Below are positions 42,303 through 51,634 of a stretch of 64,000 nucleotides of DNA, one piece after another. This stretch comes from an uncultured Gemmatimonadales bacterium (GTDB lineage: Bacteria; Gemmatimonadota; Gemmatimonadetes; Longimicrobiales; Gaopeijiaceae), in the NCBI GenBank assembly GCA_963823035.1, contig CAWGKG010000015.1, positions 1-64,000 of the forward strand, given 5' to 3'. The translations under genes and the position numbers were made by a program. Positions within the stretch are counted from its first letter, which is position 1. Every line of letters starts with the position of its first letter. The notes beneath the pieces were generated by a model. The model searched no databases and had not been told where the DNA came from. It saw only the letters and a list, made by a program, of their open reading frames with translations.

Positions 42303-43072
42303 TGCCTCGGTCGTCTCGCGCGCTTCTTCCCGGCCTCGCGGTTGCCGCCGCCGCTTTCGTGCCGTCCCCACGGCAAAGCGCCCCGGTGACCATCGAGCCC
42401 GCGCAGGTCGAGATGACGATGCTGTTCACCGGAAGCCGTGTCCACGTGGGCGCTCCCGTGGCGAGGGGCGCTCAGGTGGCCGTCGTCCTGGAGGGCACGC
42501 CTCGGACCCTCGCCCTCAAACGCAAGGGCAAGGTCCTGGGGTTCATCTGGATGAACGTCGGCGACGTGGTCTTCGAGGCGGTGCCCGACGTGTACCTCCT
42601 GCGCACCACGTGCCCGCTGGCGGCGCTGGCCGAGCGCAGCGTCAGGGAGCGACTCGGCGTGGGCCTCGACGCGCTCGGTGCACTTCCGGAGAACGCGGGC
42701 GTGGACCGCTCGCTCTTCGACGAGCTCGTCAGGCTCAAGTGGAGAGACGGCTTGTGGAACGTCTCGGAGGCCACCGTGACCGTACGGCCGAACGAGATCG
42801 ACGGGAACGACCTCGCCGACACCGACTTCTTCCTCCCGGCCCGGACTCCTCCGGGCGAGTACCGGATTCGCGTGTTCGCGTTCGTCGAGGGGAAGGCCGA
42901 GCTCGCGGGTGAAGGCCGGCTTCGCGTCGCGCAGGCCGGCGGAGCGGCGTTCATCTCCGACCTGGCGGAGCGCCATGGCCTGCTCTACGGCATCCTCGCC
43001 GTGGTGGTCGCCGGTGCGGCCGGCCTCCTCACGGGCGTCGTGTTCGGCCTCGGCTCGAAGAAGGGACACTGA
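42299..43072 (+). CDS. TIGR02186-like periplasmic protein with C-terminal TM (TauE partner)
   Basis: Signal peptide, KRKGKVLGFIWMN..VP..Y, PPGEY, HGLLYG TM, KKGH. Confidence 0.75.
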   Translation: MMPRSSRALLPGLAVAAAAFVPSPRQSAPVTIEPAQVEMTMLFTGSRVHVGAPVARGAQVAVVLEGTPRTLALKRKGKVLGFIWMNVGDVVFEAVPDVYLLRTTCPLAALAERSVRERLGVGLDALGALPENAGVDRSLFDELVRLKWRDGLWNVSEATVTVRPNEIDGNDLADTDFFLPARTPPGEYRIRVFAFVEGKAELAGEGRLRVAQAGGAAFISDLAERHGLLYGILAVVVAGAAGLLTGVVFGLGSKKGH

Positions 43073-43074
43073 CG

Positions 43075-45685
43075 ATGCCCATGGTTCAGGCGCTCCGGTC
43101 CGTCTTCACGCGCAGACAGAGCGCCACGGTGGAACAGCTCCGCGAGAAGCTCAGCCGCTTCCGGGACCTGGTGGAGCAGAACGACCGCGTGCTGGAGCTC
43201 ATCGCCGACGCGGGTGAGAAGCTCGGGGGTGAGTACGTTTTCGACAGCAAGTACCTCACGGACCTCGCGCAGCAGCTCCGCGAGGCGGTCCACGCCGTCG
43301 TGGCGGACCTGAACGCCATCTCCCACGGTCGGTATCCGGAGCTCGTGGAGGCGCTGGCGGAGATCGACGCAGCCGTCGAGGCCGCCCTCGAGTGCCGGCT
43401 CGTCGTGCCCGACACGCCGTACGTCCTCCCCCTCGCCGACGTGGGCATGGACCACATGGAGGCGGTGGGCGCGAAGATGGCTCGGCTGGGCGAGGTGCGC
43501 AGCCGCCTCGGCTGTCGGGTGCCGGACGGCTTCGTCGTCACCACGAACGCGTGTCGCCGGTTCCTGGAGGCCGCGGGTGTGGCCGAGCTCGTGGAGGGCT
43601 CTTCGTGCCGGCTACGCCGAAGGGGCGGACGGGCTGGAGGACCAGGCGCGGCGCATCCAGCGAGAGATCCTCGCCGCTCCCGTGCCCCCGGAGCTCTCCC
43701 GGGCGATCCGACGGGAGGTGGCGCGGCTCCCGAGGCCGGGGGAGAAGGACGTGCTCTTCGCGGTGCGCTCGAGCGGCGCCGAGGAGGACGGGGAGCTCAG
43801 CTTCGCCGGTCAGTACGAGACGCTCCTCGGCGTACCGCCGGAGGGCGTGTGCGCGGCATACCGCGAGGTTGTGGCGAGCCTCTACTCGCCCGGCGTTCTC
43901 CGCTACTGCCGGCAGCACCACCTCGTGCCCGGCTGCGGCCTCATGGCCGTGGGCGTGCTGCGTATGGTTCCGGCCAGGGCCAGCGGGGTGGTCTACAGCG
44001 TGGACCCCGTGGCACCGGAGAGGAACGTGCTGCTGGTGTCCGCCGCGAGGGGACTCGGAAGGCTGGTGGTGGAGGGGGGCGACCCGGTGGACCGTCTCGA
44101 GGTCTCTCGGGATCGGGGCCACGAGGTGGTGGCGGCGCACGTCGCGAGGAAGGAGCGGATGTTCGTCGCCGTGGCCGGACGGGGGACCGTCGCGCAGCCC
44201 GTGCCGGAAGAAGACCGCGCGAGCCCGACCCTCGCCCCGTGGGAGACGGCCGAGCTGTGCAGGACCGCGTGCCGCATCGAGCAGTACATGCGCGCGGCAC
44301 AGGACATCGAGTGGGCCATCGACCGCGCGGGCGGACTCTATGTGCTCCAGGCTCGACCCTTGCGCGTGCGCAGCGTAGCGAGGCCGCCGGACCGCGACCT
44401 CACCGAAGCGGTGGCACGGTACCCGGTTCTCCTGCGTGGGAAGGGCGAGGTCGCGTGCAGGGGAATCGGAAGCGGGCGCGTGCACGTCGTTTCCGATCCG
44501 GACGCCCTTCCCGAGGACATCCCCAGGGGCGCGGTCCTGGTGGCGCGGGCCGCGACCCCGCGGCTCGGCGGCCTGCTGGCGGGCGTGAGCGCCGTGATCA
44601 CCGATCTCGGTAGCGCCACCGGGCACTTCGCGGCGGTGGCGAGGGATCTCCGCGTGCCCACGATCGTCGACACCGGGCTCGCCACCCGCGTCCTGGAGGA
44701 AGGCGCCGAGGTCACCGTGGACGCCGAGGACAACGTCGTCTACAGCGGTCGCGTGGAAGAGCTGCTTCGCTACCAGCTCCTGGACAGGTCCTCGTTCGAG
44801 AGCGCGGCGGAGTTCCGGGTGCTGCGCCGCATGTTGCGCTGGATCGCCCCCCTGCGTCTTCGGGACCCCAGCAGCCCCGAGTTCTCCGCGCGGCGCTGCA
44901 CGACGTACCACGACGTGATCCGCTTCGCGCACGAGAAGGCGATCGCCGAGCTCACCGAGATCGGATGGGTGAAGACGTCGCGCAACGTTCCCTACGTGCG
45001 ACGCCTCGAGCTTCCGGTTCCCCTGGACCTCGTGCTCATCGACCTGGGCGGAGGGTTCGACGTGGACGCGGAGAACCCCGTGGCCACACCCGCCGACGTC
45101 ACGTGCAGGCCCCTGCGGCCCCTGCTGGAGGAGCTCACGGCCGGTGGCGCGTGGGAGACCACGCCCGCCAGCATGGACCTGGACGGCTTCATGTCCAGCG
45201 CGACGAGGTCGATGTCGTTCACGGGGATGCTGTCCGCACGGCCCGAGCAGAACCTGGCCATCGTCTCGGGAACGTATCTGCACCTGAGCCTGCGCCTGGG
45301 CTACCACTTCAACATCGTGGACACCTACCTCGGCGACGCGACGGCCGACAACTACATCTACTTCCGGTTCGCGGGAGGCGTCACCGAGCTGGCGCGCAGG
45401 TCGCGCCGGGCGACGCTCTTGAGGCGGATCCTCGAGGGCCACGGCTTCGTGACGGAGGGGCACGGCGATCTGGTGGTGGGGCGCATCAAGGGACTCGGCA
45501 CCGAGGCGATGGTGGAGCGGCTCCGCGTAGTCGGCCGGCTCATCGGGTTCACCCGGCAGCTCGACATCCACCTCAAGAGCGACCGCGCGGTGGACGAGTA
45601 CGTGGAGCGATTCATGAGTGGCCCCTGCCCCGACGAGGGTCGCGACATGCCCGTGCGCCCGACGACAACGGAGGAGGAAGCATGA
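43075..45685 (+). CDS. PEP synthase/PPDK-like protein: ATP-grasp domain, phospho-His swivel domain and non-canonical C-terminal domain (frameshift near 43605)
   Basis: VGAKMARLG, VPDGF, AVRSS..ED..SFAGQY, QDIEWA, LQARP, GSATGHFAAVARD; C-terminus RFAHEKA..RLGYHF..FRFAGG. Confidence 0.88.
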
Positions 45686-46080
45686 GCAGCCCCATCGAGA
45701 TCCTGGTGCTGGACGACGAGCCCCTGGTCTGCGAGCGCCTCAAGGAGCACCTGGAGAAGAAGGCCCACCGGGTGGAGGTGTTCACCGAGAGTCGGAAGGC
45801 CGTCGACCGCCTGGTGGAGAAGCGGTTCGACGTCGTGATCACCGACCTGAAGATGGAAGGCCCGAACGGCCTGGAGGTGCTGCGCTTCGTCCGGGACCGG
45901 AGCTTCGGTACCCAGGTGATCATCATCACCGGCTACGGCTCCATGGACGCCGCGCGCGAGGCCGAGTACAGCGGCGCCTACGGCTTCATCCACAAGCCGT
46001 TCAGCGCGAAGGCGCTCGAGGCCATGGTCCGGAAGGCGGCGCGTGACGCCGAGAAGCTGATGGAGCGGACCGACCGATGA
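45682..46080 (+). CDS. Stand-alone receiver protein
   Basis: VLDDEPLVC, ITDLKM, IITGY, HKPF. Confidence 0.9.
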   Translation: MSSPIEILVLDDEPLVCERLKEHLEKKAHRVEVFTESRKAVDRLVEKRFDVVITDLKMEGPNGLEVLRFVRDRSFGTQVIIITGYGSMDAAREAEYSGAYGFIHKPFSAKALEAMVRKAARDAEKLMERTDR

Positions 46081-46472
46081 AACCGACCCGGAAGAAGGTG
46101 CTCCTCCTCGACGACGAGCCCATCGTCTGCGAGCGTCTCAAGCCGGCGCTCGAGAAGATCGGGTTCTACGTCGAGTCCTACACCGAGGGGCAGAAGGTCG
46201 TGGACCGGGTCATGGAGGAGAGCTTCGACGTCCTCGTCACCGACCTGAAGATGCAGAAGCCCGACGGGCTCGAGGTGATGGACTTCGTCCATCGGCACTC
46301 TCCCGCCACGAAGGTGATCATCATCACCGGTTTCGCCACGGTGGACACCGCCGTGGAGACCATGAAGGGCGGCGCGGTGGACTTCATCGCGAAGCCCTTC
46401 AAGATCCGCGCGCTGTGCGACCTGATCGTGAAGCTGACCTCCGCGGAAGCGAGCGCGGGCACCGGGTCCTAG
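46077..46472 (+). CDS. Stand-alone receiver protein
   Basis: LLDDEPIVC, VTDLKM, IITGF, AKPF. Confidence 0.9.
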   Translation: MKPTRKKVLLLDDEPIVCERLKPALEKIGFYVESYTEGQKVVDRVMEESFDVLVTDLKMQKPDGLEVMDFVHRHSPATKVIIITGFATVDTAVETMKGGAVDFIAKPFKIRALCDLIVKLTSAEASAGTGS

Positions 46473-46482
46473 TCGGCGACGC

Positions 46483-47295
46483 TCAGACCGTGAGCTCCGG
46501 CGCTCCCAGGTTCTCGCGGTCGACCCGCTCGACGCCGTCGACGCCCCCGGCGACCTCGAGGACCGGCTCCACCAGCGACGCGGGCCGGAGACGGCCCCTC
46601 AGGTAGACGACGCCACCGCTGGCCGTGACACCCACCTCTGCGGAGGACGTGCGTCCGTCCGCTGCGAGCGCCGCCCTCACCCTGCTGGCGAGGAGCAGGT
46701 CGGCCATCGCCTCGCGGCTCTCCGGAGTGGGTTGGAATCGGGGAGAGAGGGACAGGGCCGCGCACACCTCCACCGCGTCCTCCACGTCCATGGTCCGGAG
46801 GTTGATGCTCAGGTCGTAGAGGTGGGGGTCCAGCCAGTCCACGCCGTACAGGAAGCGGGTCCACTTCTCGCGCTGCCGATCCACCATCCGGCAGTGGTCC
46901 ACCGCGTCCGCCTCGCTCATGCCCGTGCGCTCCCGGAGCATGCGCACGCGGAAGTCCATGGGTGCGATCAGGCGCACGCAGAGGACGTGGGAGATCCCCG
47001 GGAGCAGGAGGTGGCCGGCGTTTCCGTGATAGACGACGCGTCCCGCCCGGACGCGTTGGCAGAGGGCAGCCTGCACGAAGGCCAGATAGCGCCGGCGCTC
47101 GTGATGGAAGCGGTCCCACAGTCGAGGAGGCTCGAGGAGCGCCCGCTGGAGGTCGACCTCCGGTGCGCCGAAGGCCGCCGCCTCGTGCACCGTCTGCTCG
47201 CGGCTCACGACCTCGAATCCGAGGCGCTCCGCCAGACGCTCGGCCAGCTCCTGCCCGCCGCTTCCGGAGCCTCGCGATATGGTGATGATGGACAT
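46483..47295 (-). CDS. Cytidylate-kinase-like protein with C-terminal BON domain
   Basis: IITISRGSGSGG..VVYHG..VRLIAP..LYGVDW.DPHLYDLSINL; VRAALA..GVVYLRG..VDGV. Confidence 0.85.
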   Translation of the reverse strand: MSIITISRGSGSGGQELAERLAERLGFEVVSREQTVHEAAAFGAPEVDLQRALLEPPRLWDRFHHERRRYLAFVQAALCQRVRAGRVVYHGNAGHLLLPGISHVLCVRLIAPMDFRVRMLRERTGMSEADAVDHCRMVDRQREKWTRFLYGVDWLDPHLYDLSINLRTMDVEDAVEVCAALSLSPRFQPTPESREAMADLLLASRVRAALAADGRTSSAEVGVTASGGVVYLRGRLRPASLVEPVLEVAGGVDGVERVDRENLGAPELTV

Positions 47296-47385
47296 GGTCG
47301 ACGAACCCGCCGTGCCTACTGTGCGTTCCGTTCTCGTCAATCTAACGAACGATCGTCGTCCGGGGACAGCGCGTCCCCCGCCCGC

Positions 47386-47667
47386 TCAGTCCTCCAGGAG
47401 GGGCGGGCTCTTGGTGTCGGTCACACCGAGCGCCACCCCCGTGCCCACGCCGAGACCGGCCGCGATCGCGGTGCCCGCACCGACGATCGGGAGCACGGCG
47501 ACGATGGGCGCGGCGAGAACGGCGGTGGCCACGCCCGCCCACACCCCCAGCATGGGCTTCTCCACGAGGTTCGTGTAGCGGAGCCGCCTGCGCACGAAGT
47601 CCCTGGACGTGATGTGGCCGGCCACCCCTGCGACACCGGCGATCCCTGCGGCGATGAGCCCGAACAT
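47386..47667 (-). CDS. Small membrane hypothetical protein
   Basis: SRDFVRRRLRY..LPIVGAGTA..GVGTGV; SD GGGGGA. Confidence 0.75.
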   Translation of the reverse strand: MFGLIAAGIAGVAGVAGHITSRDFVRRRLRYTNLVEKPMLGVWAGVATAVLAAPIVAVLPIVGAGTAIAAGLGVGTGVALGVTDTKSPPLLED

Positions 47668-47795
47668 GGTGTCCCCCAGCGGTCGAGTCGTCTACCTGTC
47701 TCCATCCTTACGAATCCGCGAGCCATCGTGTTCCGGCGAGGGCCGTCGAGCCCCCTCGCCAGGCGACGCGCGCCCCGTTCCCGTCGCCGGCGCGC

Positions 47796-49154
47796 TCACT
47801 CCAGCACGACGGTGCGGCCGTCCTCCGCCACGCGGATCCGCGACCCGAGACGTCGCTCGGCCGCGCGGCGCAGCGCCTCGGCGGCCTCGGGCTCCCCGTG
47901 CACGAGCCAGACCCCGCGGGGCTTCGCGGGGAGGGCCTCCAGCCAGTCGAGAAGCTCGCTCTGGTCGGCGTGGGCGGACAGGCCGTCCATCTGTGTGACC
48001 TCCGCGCGAATGGGAACGTTGCGACCGTGGATCTTGAGGTGCTTCGCGCCGCCCAGGAGCGAGGAACCGCGCGTGCCCGCCGCCTGATAGCCGGTGAGCA
48101 GGATCGTGTTGCGGTGGTCGGGCGCGAACGTGCCGAGGTGATGGACGATGCGGCCGCCCGAGAGCATCCCGGCGCCGGCGATCAGGACCATCGGACCGGT
48201 GCGCCGGTTCAGCGCCTTCGACTCCTCCGCCGTTCGCGTGTACTCGGCGACCCCGAAGGCCTCCGCCACCGCGTCCGCCGTCAGCCGGTGGAAGGCGTCG
48301 AACTCGAGGTAGAGGTCGGTGACGTCGATCGCCATCGGGCTGTTCAGGTACACCGGGACGCGCGGCACCCCTCCGCCCGCGAAGAGCCGGGAGAGCACGT
48401 ACAGGATGAGCTGCGCTCGACCCACGGCGAAGGCGGGCACCATGAGCACCCCGCCCCGACGCACCGTGCGGCGCAGCACCAGGCCCAGCGCCGCCTCGGG
48501 ATCGATGGTCGGGTGCTCGCGTCCTCCGTAGGTGGATTCCATCACCACGAAGTCGGCGCCGGGCGGCGGCTCCGGCGCCGGGATGAGGAGGTCGTGGGGG
48601 CGTCCGACGTCCCCGCTGAAGACGATCGATCCGTCCCCGGTGCGCACGTGCACGGACGCGGCCCCCAGGATGTGCCCTCCCATCGTCCAGGTGACGGTGG
48701 CACCGTCCACCTCCACGGGCACGCCCAGCGGCACCGGCCGCAACTGCTCGACCACACGGAGGGCCTCCTCCTTGGTGTAGAGGGGCTCCGCCGGCCGGTG
48801 ACGCGAGTAGCCCTTCTTGTTCGCGTAGCGGGCATCCTCTTCCTGGAGGTGGCCGGAGTCCGCGAGGAGGATCCGCGCGAGACGTTCGGTGGGCTCCGTG
48901 CAGTAGATCGGCCCCTCGTATCCCTTCTTCACCAGCACGGGAAGGAGTCCCGTGTGGTCGAGGTGGGCATGGGTGAGGAGCACGCCGTCGAGGGAAGCCG
49001 GATCGAACGGGAAGGGCTCCCGGTTGCGCAGGCGCAGGTTCTTGAGCCCCTGGAAGAGGCCGCAGTCGACGAGGAATCGTCGGGTGCCCGCGGTGAGAAG
49101 GTGGCGCGAGCCGGTGACCGTACCGGCTGCGCCGAGGAACGACAACGTCATCAT
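47796..49154 (-). CDS. MBL-fold beta-CASP ribonuclease-like hydrolase
   Basis: FLGAAGTVTGS, DCGLFQG, THAHLDH, GHILG, ESTYG, SAHAD, VHGE. Confidence 0.92.
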   Translation of the reverse strand: MMTLSFLGAAGTVTGSRHLLTAGTRRFLVDCGLFQGLKNLRLRNREPFPFDPASLDGVLLTHAHLDHTGLLPVLVKKGYEGPIYCTEPTERLARILLADSGHLQEEDARYANKKGYSRHRPAEPLYTKEEALRVVEQLRPVPLGVPVEVDGATVTWTMGGHILGAASVHVRTGDGSIVFSGDVGRPHDLLIPAPEPPPGADFVVMESTYGGREHPTIDPEAALGLVLRRTVRRGGVLMVPAFAVGRAQLILYVLSRLFAGGGVPRVPVYLNSPMAIDVTDLYLEFDAFHRLTADAVAEAFGVAEYTRTAEESKALNRRTGPMVLIAGAGMLSGGRIVHHLGTFAPDHRNTILLTGYQAAGTRGSSLLGGAKHLKIHGRNVPIRAEVTQMDGLSAHADQSELLDWLEALPAKPRGVWLVHGEPEAAEALRRAAERRLGSRIRVAEDGRTVVLE

Positions 49155-50716
49155 CGTATGGGCTCCTTCTTGATGGGCTCTACGGGACTCCCCCGCCAGC
49201 GCTCCTCCCCCACGGCGTGGAAGACGCGGCGCGCGTGCTCGGGAATGCCGGCCACGGTGATCGCGATGCCTGCGGTGCGGATCTCCTCGAGCATCTCCAC
49301 GAGCGTCCAGGCGCCCGTGAGGTCGATGCGCCCCAGTCCCTGGCAGTGGATCACGATGCGCGACAGACCCCGCTCGCCGGCGAGGTGGCGGAGGAGCTCG
49401 TCTTCGAGCGCCGGGACGGACCCGAACCAGAGCACGCCTCTCGGCTCCACGTGCAGGATGTCCCCCTCCCGGTGCGCCGTGACGTCGAGCTGCACCTCGC
49501 GCCACAGGTGCACGGCGCCGGCCGTGAGGATGCCGAGGAGCACGGCGTGGTCCACGTGCGGGGCGAGGGCGAGCGTGAGCGTGAACGTCAACCAGCCGAT
49601 GAGCGCCTGCGGCCGGGAGAACGCCCACAGGCCGGCGAGCTCCCGGGGGCGGAAGAGGCTCCAGACGGCGGCGATCACGATCCCCGAGAGGACCGCGCGT
49701 GGCAGAGGGGAGAGCACGCTCGAGAACGGCATGAAGGCCAGGACGCCGATTCCGCTCACGAACCCGGTCCAACGGCTGCTCGCGCGCGTGAAGCGGGCGA
49801 GCGCGCTGCGCGCGAACGAGCCGCCGACGGGAAAGCCGCCGGAGAGGCCGGAGGCGAGGTTCGCCACCCCCTGGCTCAGGAACTCCCGGTCCGCGTCCCA
49901 GCGTTCGCGGTCCTCGGACGCGAAGGTGCGCGAGATCGAGGCGGCCTCCGAGAAGCCCACCAGCGCGATCACGATCCCGGGCAGCACCAGCGACGGCACC
50001 CTCGACCAGGGTAGGCTCAGCGAGAACGGCGGGAACCCGCTCGGGATCTCCCCCACGGTGGCGCCTTGATAGCCGCTCAGGACGGAGAAGAGCATGCCCC
50101 CCACCACCGCCACCAGGACGCCCGGGAAGAGGGGGTGCAGCTTCCGCCCACCCACGATCAGCGCCACCGTGGCGACGGCCAGCACCACGGCCGCGAGGTC
50201 CCACGACCCCGGGTGGGCGAGCGCGGAGAGCGCGGAGCCCAGCACGCCCACGCGAGGCTCGGTGCTGCCCAGCGCGCCCGGGATCTGCGACGCGAAGATG
50301 AGGATGGCGGCGCCGGACATGAATCCGGTGAGGAGAGGTCGCGACATCAGGTAGGAGAGCCAGCCGATGCGCAGCAGGCCCACCACGACGCGCACGCCGC
50401 CCACCACCAGCGCCAGGAGGGCGGCGAGCTTCACGTACTCCGGCGACCCGGCCGCGGCCATGGGGACGAGCGCGCCGAAGGTGAGGAGCGAGGTCGTCGC
50501 CACCGGCCCGGTCTGCAGGTACGGCGAGGAGGCGAACAGGGCGGCCACGATCGCCGGCAGCGCGCTCGCGTAGAGCCCGTAGTGGCTGGGTACGCCGGCC
50601 AGGTCCGCGTACGCCATCGACTGCGGGATGAGGATCACCGCCACGCTCAGCCCCGCCACGATGTCCTGCCGCGAGAAGCGGTGCTCGGGGGGTTGCCGCA
50701 AGGTCGGAAGGGTCAC
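49151..50716 (-). CDS. SulP-family anion transporter with STAS domain
   Basis: DIVAGLSVAVILIPQSMAYA, GLY, TGPVA, EFLSQGVAN, GGSFARS; STAS GVLWFG..IDLTG. Confidence 0.92.
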   Translation of the reverse strand: MTLPTLRQPPEHRFSRQDIVAGLSVAVILIPQSMAYADLAGVPSHYGLYASALPAIVAALFASSPYLQTGPVATTSLLTFGALVPMAAAGSPEYVKLAALLALVVGGVRVVVGLLRIGWLSYLMSRPLLTGFMSGAAILIFASQIPGALGSTEPRVGVLGSALSALAHPGSWDLAAVVLAVATVALIVGGRKLHPLFPGVLVAVVGGMLFSVLSGYQGATVGEIPSGFPPFSLSLPWSRVPSLVLPGIVIALVGFSEAASISRTFASEDRERWDADREFLSQGVANLASGLSGGFPVGGSFARSALARFTRASSRWTGFVSGIGVLAFMPFSSVLSPLPRAVLSGIVIAAVWSLFRPRELAGLWAFSRPQALIGWLTFTLTLALAPHVDHAVLLGILTAGAVHLWREVQLDVTAHREGDILHVEPRGVLWFGSVPALEDELLRHLAGERGLSRIVIHCQGLGRIDLTGAWTLVEMLEEIRTAGIAITVAGIPEHARRVFHAVGEERWRGSPVEPIKKEPIR

Positions 50717-51628
50717 GACCCCTCCCCCACGCCGGCGTCGACGCGCATGGGCTCCACGGGAGGCTCCTCGGCCGCGAGCGCGCGCAGGAGCCGGGCGGTC
50801 GCACGCGCCCTGGAGGCCCAGAAGTGGGCGGACGGCCCGAGCAGAGAGGCGCGCGCGGCGTGCCCTTCGGCGCGTTCGGCCGCCTCCGCGCCCAACGCTT
50901 CGAGGACGGGCCGTGGCTCCTGGCCGAGGAGCTGCTCGAGCATCCAGCGTCGCTCCCCCATCCGGATGCCGACCCCGACCCCGCGGCCGAGGCGGGCGAG
51001 GTCGGCCCGCGTCAGGATGATCCCGACGCGCACCGGCGCGAACATCCCCGCGAGGAAGGGCGCGGCGCCGTCGACGCGCGGATCGGGAAGGCCCGGCGCC
51101 TCCCGCAGGTGGAGCGGCAGGGCGGCCGGGCGACGGCGCCGTGGCCAGCTCGCCGTCCAGAACACGCTGCAGCAGCCGGGCCCACGGGACGTAGAAGGAG
51201 CTTCCGCTCTCCGTCACCCGCTCGAGGAGGAAGGGCACCCAGGGCGCGAGGTGCTCGTGCAGGAGGGCCTCACGGGCGCGCCTCGCCAGGCGCGCTTCCG
51301 CGCCCGAGCGCTCCCCCTCCCCCTCCGCCAGCGCGGCGTACAGCCCCAGCAGCGCGCTCAGGTGGTCCGGCTCGTCCGGAGGGGGATGGCCCACGGCGGA
51401 CCAGAACCCGGCGACGCGGTCCCTCGCCTCGCCCCCCAGCATCCCCTCGGGCCCGAGATGCACCGAGGCGTACGGGTGGAGCCGCAGCACGAAGACGTCC
51501 GTGTGCTCGGCGGGCTCGGGTACGCCCTGCAGTCCGACCGCCCTCGCCAGCCCCGCGTGCTCCGCCACGGGTGGCTCGCACAGGGCCGCGAGGGCCCGCA
51601 GCAGCTCGACGGGAGGCGTGTCGGCCAT
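50713..51628 (-). CDS. TorD/DmsD-family molybdoenzyme chaperone (frameshift near 51140)
   Basis: PYASVHL, EPDHL, HL.PW..F, FY; continues LPLHLR..GERRWML..FWASRA. Confidence 0.8.
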
Positions 51629-51634
51629 CCGGGA

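Noticed and set aside
47796..50804. 1002-aa ORF ending in an MBL domain
   Set aside because: The N-terminal half is a shadow frame of sulP; the real start is at 49154.
49151..51628. 825-aa TorD-SulP fusion ORF
   Set aside because: The middle section is Arg/Pro-rich off-frame text. The true TorD C-terminus is in ORF 50713..51165, which stops at the SulP GTG.
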